Assembly: GCF_030144855.1 (NCBI RefSeq)
Contig: NC_082731.1
Span: forward strand, 25,420,001-25,484,000
DNA from: Hypanus sabinus
Lineage: Eukaryota
Direction: 5' to 3'
Length of the DNA: 64,000 nucleotides
Positions 1-10,699 of this stretch are shown here, piece after piece. A model generated the notes under the pieces. That model ran no database searches, had not been told where the DNA came from, and saw only the letters and a program-made list of their open reading frames with translations. The position numbers were made by a program, and so were the translations under genes. Every line of letters begins with the position of its first letter. The stretch's first letter is position 1.

Positions 1-590
1 ACCTGAGCATCGTGTTCTTGTACATTAAAACCAGGAAACACAATAGATTCAATGAAATTGCGCCCCCAACAGGATGGAGAAAAATAACCGTCGGGAAGGG
101 ACAAAAAGAAGGTAATAATATTTATAATAACATGTTTCAACAAAAGACTTGTGCTGTGAAATAAACAAAGCACATCATACCGTACTATAAATACAAATCA
201 GACTGCTTTACAGTTAGGGACATGCAAGTTATATTGTAACGAACTTTACTAAGGAAAAACATTACATAATAATCATCTAAATATAATATTACAGGATAAG
301 CATGAAAGAACAACTTACTTCATTGACATCGCCTTTCTAACCACACATATAGAAATCAGTTAGTGGAAGAACATCAGAAATATGATGAAATTGAAGAGAA
401 AAATGAAAGACTGTGCCACGGAACAGTGTATATATTATTATAAGAGTAATATCACAGCAGGAATCGTCCGAATGTTACTATAAAATATTTTTACACAATA
501 AAGCGTGCATGGTATAAAATATTCAACTATTCAAGATGCCACAGTGCTAAATACCATTGAATAGTCTATAATACATCAGAAATTATAAAA
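1..590 (+). mobile_element. R4/Dong-like non-LTR retrotransposon, decayed 3' end (restriction-like endonuclease region)
   Basis: Manual translation gives ILQDKHERTTYFIDIAF (about 286-336) and VEEHQKYDEIEEKNERLC. These match the PD..IDIA..EK..KY pattern of RLE-type elements. Many stops. Confidence 0.55.
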
Positions 591-619
591 CATATATATA
601 AACAGGACCAGTAAAGCCT

Positions 620-1770
620 TTCACAAAGTCCCGCATGGAAAGTTATTTGGGAAGATCCAGTCGCTAGGTACACATGGCGAGACAGTAATTTCAATGAGTC
701 TTTGGCTCAATGGGGGAAGCCAGAGAGTTGCCGCGGAGGTCTGTGACTAGTGGTGTGCCACAGGAATCAGTGCTGTGTCGTTTGTTATTTATCATCAATA
801 TGTATGAACTGGATGATAATGTGGTGAATTGAAGCAGCAAATCTGCTAATGATACAAAGATTGGAGGTGAAGTGGACAGTGAGGAAGGTTTTGAAAGCTT
901 GCAGAAGGATTTGGGTCAGCTGGAAAAATACGGTGACAAATGGCAGAGGGAGTTAAATGCAGGCAAGTTTGTGGTTTTGCACTTCGTAAGGACATCAAGG
1001 CAGAACAAGCAAGGTAAATGGTAGGACAGTGAGGAGTGTAGTAGAACAGAAGGATGCGGGAATTGAATGCAGATACATAATTCCCTAAAAGTGGCATCAC
1101 AGGTAGATAGGGTCGTACAGAAAGTTTTTTGGCATATTAGCCTTTCTAAATCAAAGTACTGAGCATAAGAGTTATAATGTTATAATGAGGTTTTATAAGA
1201 CATTGGTGAGGCCTAATTTGGAGTATTGTCTGCAATTTCTGTCACCTTATTAAAGGAAGGAGATTGATATGGTTAAAAGAGTACAGAAAAAGTTTACAAG
1301 CATGTTGCCGGGACTTCAAAAACTCAGTTACAGAGAAACGTTGAATAGGTTAGGACTTTATTCTTTGGTGCGTAGATGAATGAGGGGAGGATTGATAGAG
1401 GTGTATAAAATTATGTTGTGTACACATAAAGTGAATGCAAGAAGACTTTTTTTCCCACTGAGGCTAGGGTAGAAACAAAATCAGAGGACATGGTTTAAGG
1501 GTGAAAAGGGAGACGTTTAATGGGAACATTAGCGGGAGCTTCTTCACACAGAGAGTAGTGGGAGTGTGGAATAAGCTACCGCATGAAGTGGTGGATGCAG
1601 GTTTATTTTTATCATCTGAGAAAAACCTTGGGCGGATACATGGATTAGAGGGGTATGGAGTGGTATGGTCAAGGTATGTCAGTGGGACTAGGCAGAAAAA
1701 TGGTTCGGCACAGAGAAGAAGGGCCAAAAAGCCTTTTTTATGTGTGTAATATTCTATGGTTTTATCGTTC
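620..1770 (+). mobile_element. CR1 LINE, 5'-truncated decayed RT and 3' end
   Basis: KAFHKVPHG, GVPQESVL and ANDTKIGG motifs across broken frames. ORF 1501-1749 (FFTQRVVGVWNKLP) is the typical CR1 ORF2 C-terminus. Confidence 0.85.
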
Positions 1771-1827
1771 TATCATACCTAAGCTTCTATCAGCTAAGCT
1801 AAGAAAAACGGTAATGAACAAATAAAC

Positions 1828-1972
1828 AGATAGACAGTTAGAAGGATAGATAGATAGATAGATAGACAGACAGATAGATAGGCAGACAGTTATGTAAATA
1901 AATACATGCAGAATAATTAAATAAATATATAAACAAATAGATAGTCGGATAGATAGGTAGATAAATAATTAA
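1828..1972 (+). repeat. Degenerate (GATA/GACA)n microsatellite
   Basis: Runs of gata/gaca, purest at about 1845-1885. Confidence 0.85.
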
Positions 1973-1979
1973 ACATCGA

Positions 1980-3120
1980 GCACATAGATGAACAGTCCTC
2001 GAAAGTGGATTGCAGGAACAGTCATGAGCTGGACCGGACGAAGTTGAGTGACATTATCAATTTCCATTCTGGAGCCCTTTCTTGTGGTTTAATGACCGTT
2101 CATGAACAAGGCGCTGTGGTTCCTGAGGCTCCTGTACCTTTTTGCCGACGTCAGCAGCAAGACTGGAGCATGGCCTGGGTGATGAGTGTCATTGATATTA
2201 GATGCTACTTTCCTCTGACAGTGTTTCGTGTACATATATTCAATAGTATGGAAGGGCATTCGTCCGTGATAGACTCGTTCGCGTCCTCTACTTGTGTCGG
2301 ATTTTCCCTTCAAGGGCATTTACGTTTCCATAGCAGGCCGTGATAAAACGTGACAATATACTTTCCACCAAACATCTATTAATGTTTGTCAAAGTTTTAA
2401 GTGTCTTGGCAAATCTTCGTAAACTTCTAAGGAAGTCAGGCACTACTTCACTTTCTTGATTTTGCCACAGATGCTCTGAAATAAGCAGATGGAAGAACTT
2501 AGAGTTGCTGACCCTCTCCACCTCCGAAGAGAACAGGGTAAGGGACATCCAGTTTCCTATCATTGAAGTCACAAATCAACTCCCTACTCCTACTGACATT
2601 GTGCGAGAGGTTTATCGCCGAGGTGCCACTCACACCGATTATCAATCATTCTCATATATATGGATTTGTCAACACGTTTAATAAGGACAAATGCAGTGCG
2701 TCCTCTTCAAAGTTTAAAATGACTCTGCAGCTGTGCTTGATCTCACAGCCTTAAGTGTAAAGCAACCACGCAGCCTTGGTGATTGCGGAGATTGTGGAGC
2801 AGATGGTTTCCCCAATTCGAATGGACTTCGATCGGAAAATGAGGACTTTGAAGACCCGCTTGGAAAAAGAGATATTTAGGGTAATGTGGTGCCGCTATTT
2901 GATTGATTTTCTCAGGATTATATCATGTAATACCGAGCTGTAGTCGGTAAGTAGCATCCTGGGGTGTACATTGTTTTTCGTCTAAATGTTCCTGCTCTGA
3001 CTCAAGTAAACAAGCGCCTGCTTTGGAAATATGGTGACAGGAGGCAAGCTGAAGCGGATCCAAGTTATCTTTAGTCAAGAGATGATGTTTTGTCATCAAC
3101 CTCTCAAAACACGCCATAAG
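1980..3120 (-). mobile_element. Rex1/Babar-type LINE fragments
   Basis: ORF 2288-2572 (VERVSNSKF...FLRSLRRF...LVESILSRFITACYGN), ORF 2089-2319 (HPGHA) and ORF 2923-3117 (CFERL...LDPLQ) are RT and C-terminal motifs of this clade. Confidence 0.75.
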
Positions 3121-3747
3121 TTTTGATGTAAGTTTGCTGGCTTATTTATTTCGCTATGTTTTTTTTATATAAAATTCGTGGGATGTCATTAATTTCCTTC
3201 CTTTTTGGTTTTAAGGCAGTTTGGCAGCATATTCATCAGGTGTTCGGCAAGTGGACTCCAAGATCCATCTGACTGACGATAAGCACTGCCGAAATGAGCA
3301 ATTTCTTGATATTAATGATGAAGTAATATTGCAGGGCTCCTGGAGGGGAGAAATATCATATCGAGAGTAATTTACTCGGTTTGTTCGCTTCCATGTATTT
3401 GATAATATTTCATTATGTTCATTATTCATTTCTGTGTTCAACCTGTTTCTGTCAAACCTTAAGGGACTCAAAGGTTTTTCTTGATCGTTTTTGAAATGGA
3501 ATGCACAACTATCATTTCGCAATACAATACGTTTTTTAGTTTTATTTTTTTGCGTGCGAATGGTGGCGATGGGCGGGGGAGGCACAAGCTCCGCCTAAAT
3601 TAGGTGGCGCCCAATAGCAATTTCACGTATCAATGCTACTGTTGTGAAGTGAAATTAAGGTCAAGTCTGCTTTGCTTTTATCAGAATTCGACCCTCACCT
3701 TCTGGTGCACCCGGCTTTGCTTTGAATTTTGTTTAAGCCTCGTTATT

Positions 3748-3763
3748 TCACGTAGAGTATCAT
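3748..3763 (+). promoter_or_regulatory. Candidate V1 promoter element TCACGTAGAGTATCAT (CRE-like ACGT core)
   Basis: The 16-mer is identical upstream of V2 (31974-31989) while the flanks diverge. A GC box (about 3571), CCAAT (3611) and a second TCACGTA (about 3623) lie upstream. Confidence 0.55.
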
Positions 3764-3832
3764 TGTGCTGCTTTGCTTCAGATAGAGGAAGAGCCGCCGT
3801 TGTACATTGTTAGTTAAATTAAAATCGAATTC

Positions 3833-3872
3833 ATGTTTTGCCGTATTTTCGTTGTACTATGGACGTTATTCG
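3833..3872 (+). CDS. TRAV: TCR alpha/delta V segment 1, leader exon (MFCRIFVVLWTLF)
   Basis: ATG at 3833, hydrophobic peptide, phase-1 donor G|GTAAGT at 3873, and an 87-nt intron ending in TTCTGTTTCAG at 3959. The splice restores the frame: ...LF-V-LIQA-DSVTQ. Confidence 0.88.
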
Positions 3873-3959
3873 GTAAGTCTGAACTTGATTTCCAAGTATT
3901 CCATGTTATTAGCGGCCTTCGAAGTCAGCACTGATTTCACCTTCGACCTTCTGTTTCAG

Positions 3960-4263
3960 TACTCATTCAGGCAGATTCAGTGACCCAACCTGAGGCAGAG
4001 TTGGCCGTGGAGGAAGGTGGTGATGTGAAAATGCAATGTAGCTACACATCAAGTCAGAAGAACCCGGACCTATTTTGGTATCAACAACAAAAGAATCAGC
4101 ACCCGCGCTTTATATTATACCGGGATAATCGTAAGAGAGACGATGCTGATTTTGCAAAGGGGAAGTTCGAAGCGGATCTGACCAACGTAAAGAAGAATAT
4201 TCCTTTAACAGTCAAACGTGCAGATATCCAGGACTCCGGGTTATACTTCTGTGTGATGAGGGT
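3960..4263 (+). CDS. TRAV: TCR alpha/delta V segment 1, V exon (intact)
   Basis: DSVTQPEAEL...MQC...LFWYQQ...FIL...KF...DSGLYFCVMR. Canonical Cys-Trp-Cys V domain with no stops, ending directly at an RSS. TRDV cannot be excluded from sequence alone. Confidence 0.93.
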
Positions 4264-4302
4264 CACGGTATTTTGATCTCCATCTGTTGCTGTACAAAAA
4301 CT
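4264..4302 (+). other. 23-RSS of V1: CACGGTA-23 nt-ACAAAAACT
   Basis: Heptamer 4264-4270, exact 23-nt spacer 4271-4293, nonamer 4294-4302 (8/9 match to consensus). Confidence 0.92.
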
Positions 4303-5460
4303 CAAAGAACAAGGTCAACCGCTAGCAATCACTCTAGCAGAGAAACCCCCATGTTATAGGTCGATCTCAGCGACAGAAACACATTGCTTTTAACAAAATC
4401 GTTCTCTCCAACAGTACACCCACTTTGTCCTTAAACCCTCAGCTCCACTTCCTGAGATGTGTTATTTTGTTTACCACAATACACCGAGATCTGAAAGTAA
4501 AGTTGCTCTTTGAAGCAGCTCCTTGGGTTTCAATTTCCTACTCAGTTTTAGGCACTGCTACAGTTATTAGAAAATAAGTAAAAAGACAAAACAATATATT
4601 CCTAAATGGCTACGTGTAATAGCGAAGCAATTATTATTCACTTCTGTCGTGCTTATGTCATTACTTTTCTTCTTCATCTCCTGAAAAAATCTCCTAAGTC
4701 TGGACAAAGGGAAGTTATGTCATAGCTTTGTCTTGACTCTTGTTAGGCCATCTGCGTGTTTGCAAGACGGGAAAATGTGTGGGAAATTTCGTTGAAACCG
4801 TTCGTGTTTCCCTGGCGTTCATGCTATTCAAGAATCTTAATTTAATTTTTCTTGGCAAACCTACTCAAATTATTTGCTCCTTCATACCTTTGCCAGATAC
4901 TGTTGAACAAGATATTCCGTGAGTTGTATGTTCTGTTGACAGGAAGCCAGACTGCAGGACGTCAGAACAGAAATTGTATTAAATTATGCCTTATTCTAAT
5001 TACACACCTGCTTTCTGGAGACAGAGGTTTACATCATCATGAGCTGGAACTTCGATGAGTAACAAAGTGAACAGGGCAACATTATTCATGCTCCCGTCAT
5101 TGCTCTTAAAATTATGAAAGATATATTTTCTGAGTGTAGGTATATTTGTGTGTTGCAATGATAAATGTGCTTGTCTGGTTGTTGCAGATGACAAGCTTGT
5201 GACAATACAGTGAGTCCACTTCAGTTCAGAATGCTAGTGCACGGATTCTGTACACGACAAGGTGCCAATGCAGACATTCGAAGTTCGCAAAATGTGCAAC
5301 TAATTAAGAAAGAGATCTGCGACCAAACTTTGACTATCATCTAATTCAACGGTCCCGATCTCTCACACAAATATATTTGCACGCCCGCCCGGAGATCGTC
5401 CGAAATTAAAAATGAAATACCGTTCATCAGGAAAAATTGATCACATTTATTCACCATATA

Positions 5461-6715
5461 CAGTGGAATGCAAGAGTTTGAAAACCCCTCGTCAAAGTTT
5501 CTGTTATTGTATATACCTAAGCCAGTGAAAGATTACCTGATTTNNNNNNNNNNNNNNNNNNNNNNNNNNNNNNNNNNNNNNNNNNNNNNNNNNNNNNNNN
5601 NNNNNNNNNNNNNNNNNNNNNNNNNNNNNNNNNNNNNNNNNNNNNNNNNNNNNNNNNNNNNNNNNNNNNNNTATATATCATTATCCTGTTGTAGAGACCA
5701 TCCTCTTTTCATGTTCAGCTGTTGTACAGATTGTGTGATGTTTGCTATCAGAATTTGCTGGTATTGAACTCATTGTTCCATCTACCAGTGAAATTTTCCC
5801 CTTTCGACTGTCTGCAACACAAACCCAAAGGATGATCGATCCACCCCCGTGCATAACAGTTGGAGAGGTGTTCATTTCATGAACATCTTTTAATGAAATC
5901 CTTCTCCAAAAATACCTTTGCTCATTGTGGTCAAACAGTTGTATTTTAACTTCATCAGTCCACAGGACTTGTTTCCAAAATGCATTTGGTTTGTTTAGAT
6001 GGTACTTTGCAAACTGATGACGCTGAAGTTTTTGGTGAGGACGCAGGAAAGGTTTTCTTCTGATTATTATTCCATGAATGTCATGATTGTGCAGATGTCA
6101 CTGCACAGTATCACAGTGCAACACCACTCCATAGTCCGCTAAATCTTACGAGAAATTCTCTCGGAAAGTTTTCTTGATCTTCTTGACCTCAAGCGCTCCT
6201 GTTAACTGTAATTTCAAAATTACTTTACCAACTGAGGAAACGGCGACATGAAAATGATTTGCTATCTTCTTAAAGCCTTCTTCTTCTGTTATGTGGGCAT
6301 CAATCATGTTAATTTTCAGATCGCTAGGCAGCTGCATAGAGGAGACCTAATGTTGCTGATTGTTGGCATAAGGTTGAATTGTCAGGGTAATAATCTAGCT
6401 TTGAAATTCCCATAGCCACGCCTTTCTTACCGATTAATGTGAGCAAGCCATTAACCCTACAAGCTGACTAAACTCAGAACTTAGTACAAGTTACCTATGA
6501 GCTCTAATCTCTTTGGCTGGCCAAGCTTTCACATGCTGCCCCTTTTCTGTTCTGCTCTCTAAAATTCTACAAGACAAAATTATCACACTAATCTTGCTTA
6601 AGAATGTCGCAAGAATATTTTACCTTTAACATTATGACTTTCACCTTCAACTCACTTAAGTAATAACAGTAACAGACATTTTAAGCAGGGGTGCCCAAAC
6701 GTTTGCATACCACTG
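5461..6715 (-). mobile_element. Tc1-like DNA transposon, defective
   Basis: 29-bp TIRs (23/29 identical, CAGTGG...CCCCT) flanked by TA at 5459-5460 and 6716-6717. Minus-strand remnants are ORF 6146-6337 (N-terminal HTH, DLK...EGFKKIA) and ORF 5681-5875 (TVMHGGGSIILW). Confidence 0.92.
5544..5671. other. Assembly gap (128 N) inside the Tc1 element
   Basis: Run of N followed by tatatat. Confidence 0.99.
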
Positions 6716-7044
6716 TACATTTACATGTATTAAGAAGTTGCTGTGTTATGTACGCGATGTGCAACAACAACGTCAAAAAAAAGAAACAGCATTGAACTGT
6801 CGTTACAAGTTTGAAACTTCTCTCTGTGACCGTGTGAATTTCCTCTCACATTCCAAAGACTTATAGATCATCAAGCTAAATCGGTAGTGCTGACTCATTG
6901 GGCCGAAATGGCTTGTTACCGTCTTGATGATGTAAGTAAATGAGAAAAAATAGTAAGAAGGGTCATTTTAGACAAGTAAACTTAGTTGTACAGAAATGAA
7001 ATATTGTGCACATGACTGCATAAAGAGCAGCGTGTATTTACAAT

Positions 7045-7180
7045 AGAACCACGAGGAAATCAGCAGATGCTGGAAATTCAAGCAAATGACACAAAATGCT
7101 GATGGAACACAATAGGGCAGACAGCATCTATAAGGAGAAGCTATGTCGATGTTTCGGCCGAGTCCCTTCTTCAGGTCTAT
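7045..7180 (-). mobile_element. Penelope-like terminal-repeat fragment with degenerate hammerhead motif
   Basis: The reverse complement of 7141-7180 reads gac-CTGAAGA-agggactcggcc-GAAA-catc-gac, followed by the same terminal sequence as 55590-55690. Confidence 0.7.
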
Positions 7181-7574
7181 GCAGGACTTTACGATGTATA
7201 TAACTTTTCAAAGTAGTTTGAAGAGCTTACATTGTAGTGCGGGGACTGATGAATTGGATGGAAGAGGGCGAGTTGGGCTATGACTAGAATGGTCACATGT
7301 GCTCACTGCCTGGTAAAAAGACGGTTCAGATGCCGTGATGATCTGTGTTTCTTTTTTTTTATTTTTATTATTTGCTTAACCCTGAATATCATTCCACCTG
7401 GGGGTTTTCTGATGAGGCCGTAAGCTGCGTCGGTTGGCATTCATTGTTCTTCCTGCCCGTTTTTATCGTTATATCATACAAATCCTGCAGTGAATGATGA
7501 CGATAGTCATTGATCTTTTCCACTGGTGTGACCGTTAATTGTTATACTTGCATATTGTGACAGCCTGCTGCACC

Positions 7575-9672
7575 TGTCAAGGTCCTGACCGTGAAATCCG
7601 CATTCCGGTTACCGGCACTGTCCATACTCCTTATTCAATGTCTTCCGGTTTCTCCTGTTTCTGTTGAGGCAGCTGATTCTCGTTTGGGCTGCCTTCATAA
7701 ATAGCTTCTGGATTCAGCCTCTGGTTGCGGGAATGTTCCCGTCCTTAACTTCTGTCTGTCTCCCTACCCTTCACCTTCCTCCTGGAACCTTGCCTTGCAT
7801 CGCCTGGAGCCTTGCCCTATCTCGCGTGGAGCCTTGCCTTCCCTCGCCTGAGGCCTTGTTTTGCCCCGCCTGGAGCCTTCCACTAGCTCGCCTGGAGCCA
7901 CGTCTTCACTCGCCTGAAGCCTTGTTTTGCTTCGCCTGGAGCATTGCCTTGCCTGTAACACTTGTCTTCTCTGTTGTAAAGTTAAACCACCGGACCAAGA
8001 TCGGAACTGTCTTTTATTGTTGTAAAATGTTTCTCTTTCCACACCTTCGCTAGGTAGGCCTGGCCGTCTGCCGTTACCTTGCATTGAGAACCGCCTCGTC
8101 GTCTTCTGCAGCATGTGCATGAGCCGCGCTCTACGTCCTGTTTCAAAGGGGGGATCCCGGCTCTGCGTTCAATGTTCCTGTCTCTCCCTCGAACAAGGCT
8201 CTGCGTTTCTGTCTCTTCCTCGCCCAAGTCAAGTCTTTGGGGTCTTGTCCAGTCCCAGCCATGTCCAAGAAACTCGTCCCGTCCAAGCCACGGCTTTGTA
8301 TTCTCGTCTTGTCCATGTGCCTCGTCCAGCCCAGGAGCACTTTGCCCATCAAGTTGCTGGGGTTCCGTCGTCCTGTGCTGAGGTTGCCTTGTAATGTCCA
8401 GGAGTCTCAGGTCCAGTCCTGAAGAGTTGTCATATCCTCGTCCAGTTGTGGAGACCCAGCTTGGGTCAAGAACTAGATTCTGGGTCCTTGTCCAGTCTCT
8501 AGTTCAGAGTCCAAAACCAGGCTCCCAGAACCCAATTCCATGTCCTGGTTCTGCTATCCTAGTCAAGTCCTAGCCCACTCCCGGAATCCTCGTCTCGTCC
8601 AGGGTCTACGTCATGTCCAGCGTCCTTTTTTTCGCCGCTTCCCTTGCTTCCTTCTCTCGCTTCGTCCTGTTCCTGGTAGTTCAGAGACTGTATCTTGCAC
8701 TTGGGTCCTCTCCCAACGCCCCCTTTACGACAGAACAATCCAGCCAGACTTGGAGCCAGCGACACAAACACTGTCGTTTAATTCTCGCTATACTGGGTTG
8801 TCTCCAGTTGAATGCCCCCTACCCATCCGTCTCGTCCATAGTCTGGGAACGCCTTTTTTGTTGTCTGGAGGATCCCATGGAGCGGAGGTAACTTCATGGT
8901 CCGGTCCGTGAAATCCGTACCGTAGGAACTGTCTTTCGTTGTTTTCAACTGTTTCAATGTCCACGTTTTCGCTAGGTAGGTCCGGCCTTTTGCCGGTACT
9001 TAGTGTTGAGAACCGTCTCCTCATATTCTGCATTCTGTGTATGAGTCCCTGCCCTACGTCCTATTTCCAAGGAGGTTTCCCGGTTCTGTGTTCCACGTTC
9101 CTGTCTCTCCCTCGACCAAGGCACTGCGTTCCTGTCTTTTCATTGACTAAGTCCAGGTTTCAGAATCTTGTCCAGTCCTAGGAACGTCCAAGATCCATGC
9201 CCTGTCTAAGCCACGGCTTTATATTCTCGTCTTCTGCATGTGCCTCGCCCAGCCCAGGAGCACCTTGCCCATACCGGTTCTGGGGCTCGCTCGTACTGTG
9301 CTGATGTGTCCTTGTCAAGTTGATGAGTCTTACGTCCAGTCCTGTTGACTCTCCTCGTCCTGAAGCCTCGTCATGTCCTCGCCTAATTCTGGAGTCCGAG
9401 CCCAAGTCCAGATTCATGTTCTGGGTCCCTGTCCAGTCTCTGGCTCGGAATCCATACCCAGGATCCCTGTTTCCCAGTTACATGTATTGGTTCCACTATC
9501 CTAGTCAAGTTCTAGCCCAGTCCCGGAATCCTTGTCTCGCCCAGGGTCTGTGTTATGTCCAGCGTTATTTCTTCCCCTCTTCCGTTGTTTCTTTCTCTCG
9601 CGTAGTCTTGGTCCTGGTAGTTCAAAGTCTCTGTCTCGCATTTGGGTCTGCTCCCAACGCCCCCTTCTGATA
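7575..9672 (+). mobile_element. Internally deleted Gypsy-type LTR retroelement (5' LTR 7575-8732, about 160 bp internal, 3' LTR about 8892-9672)
   Basis: Perfect 5-bp TSD GCACC at 7570-7574 and 9673-9677. The 5' LTR has TG...CA ends. The internal part keeps a gag-start-like TTGGAGCCAGCG, an integrase-like NSRYTGLSPVEC and a purine-rich tract before the 3' LTR. Confidence 0.82.
7779..7954 (+). repeat. 8 x 22-nt tandem repeat within the 5' LTR
   Basis: Units start every 22 nt (7779, 7801, 7823 ... 7933) with the head CGCCTGGAGCCT and a variable tail. Confidence 0.85.
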
Positions 9673-10149
9673 GCACCAAACCAAAGAGCAATGATTGATT
9701 TGAATAGGCTCCCTAGGATGGCAGTCTATGTCATATTCTGAGGAAGAAGGATTTTGCTGCTCATTAGTAACTGACTGTAGACATTTTTTGATTCTATTGT
9801 TATTTATATTCTTTGTTTCCCACTGGCATTTTATTTTCACAAGGTGGAAAAATGGGGGTCCATGTGCCCGTTCCATTTTTTCTTTCACCTTTTCGTTCGG
9901 GTGGTGGGATTTTGTGATATTCTGCCTGTTCCGTTCTTGTTCTATTGTTTGTGCGAGGAAAGAGGATTTGTTCATTGATGTGCCTGTTCCATTTTGTTCG
10001 TTTTTTTTTTGTGCGAGGAACGGGATATTTGGGCATATGATGTTCGTGCTTCTTGCCTTTTCTTTCTTCGCTTCGTACCTTCAGGGAGAAAAACAATTTT
10101 ATCTATATGTTTTGAGAATAAATTAACCATTGAACCTTTGAAACTTTAC

Positions 10150-10630
10150 ACTTTTGAATTCTAATGAATGCTGTAAGAATCTGCCTGGATTGGGGAGCAT
10201 GCCTGATCAGAATAGATTGAATGAACTCAGTCTCTTCATCTTGGAGCGAAGGCGGATGAGAGGTGATCTGATGGAGGTGTACAAAATGATGAGATGTGTT
10301 GATCGTGTAGTCAGAGGCTTTTTCACAGGGCTGAAATGGTTGCCACAAGAGGACTCAGGTATATGATGCTGGGGAGTAGATACACAGGAGATGTCAGGGG
10401 TAAGTTTTTTTTTACTCAGAGAGTGGTGAGTGCGTGGAATGGGCTGCCCGCAATGGTGCTGGAGGCTGATACGATAGCGTCTTTTAAGAGGTTTTGAGAT
10501 AGGCACATGGAGCGTAGTGAAATAGAGGGCTATAGGTAAGCCTAGGAACTTCTAAAGTAGTGACGAGTTCGGCGCAACTTTGTGAGCCGAAGGGCCTGAA
10601 TTATGCTGTAGATTTCACTAGTTTCTATGT
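10150..10630 (+). mobile_element. CR1 LINE 3' fragment
   Basis: ORF 10154-10366 (RLNELSLFILERRRMRGDLMEVYKMM), then TQRVVSAWNGLP. Confidence 0.85.
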
Positions 10631-10699
10631 TTTTAAGTATATCCTGGCAGGTACATTTTATCAGCAAAGAAGATACTGGTCTCACATCAGACTTTACGA

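Noticed and set aside
7779-7954. CRISPR-like repeat-spacer array
   Set aside because: The units are only 22 nt with related tails, they lie inside a vertebrate LTR, and there are no cas genes. It is a minisatellite.
7664-9741. Dense cluster of overlapping ORFs on both strands
   Set aside because: These arise from the low-stop, repetitive composition of the LTRs and contain no recognisable domain.
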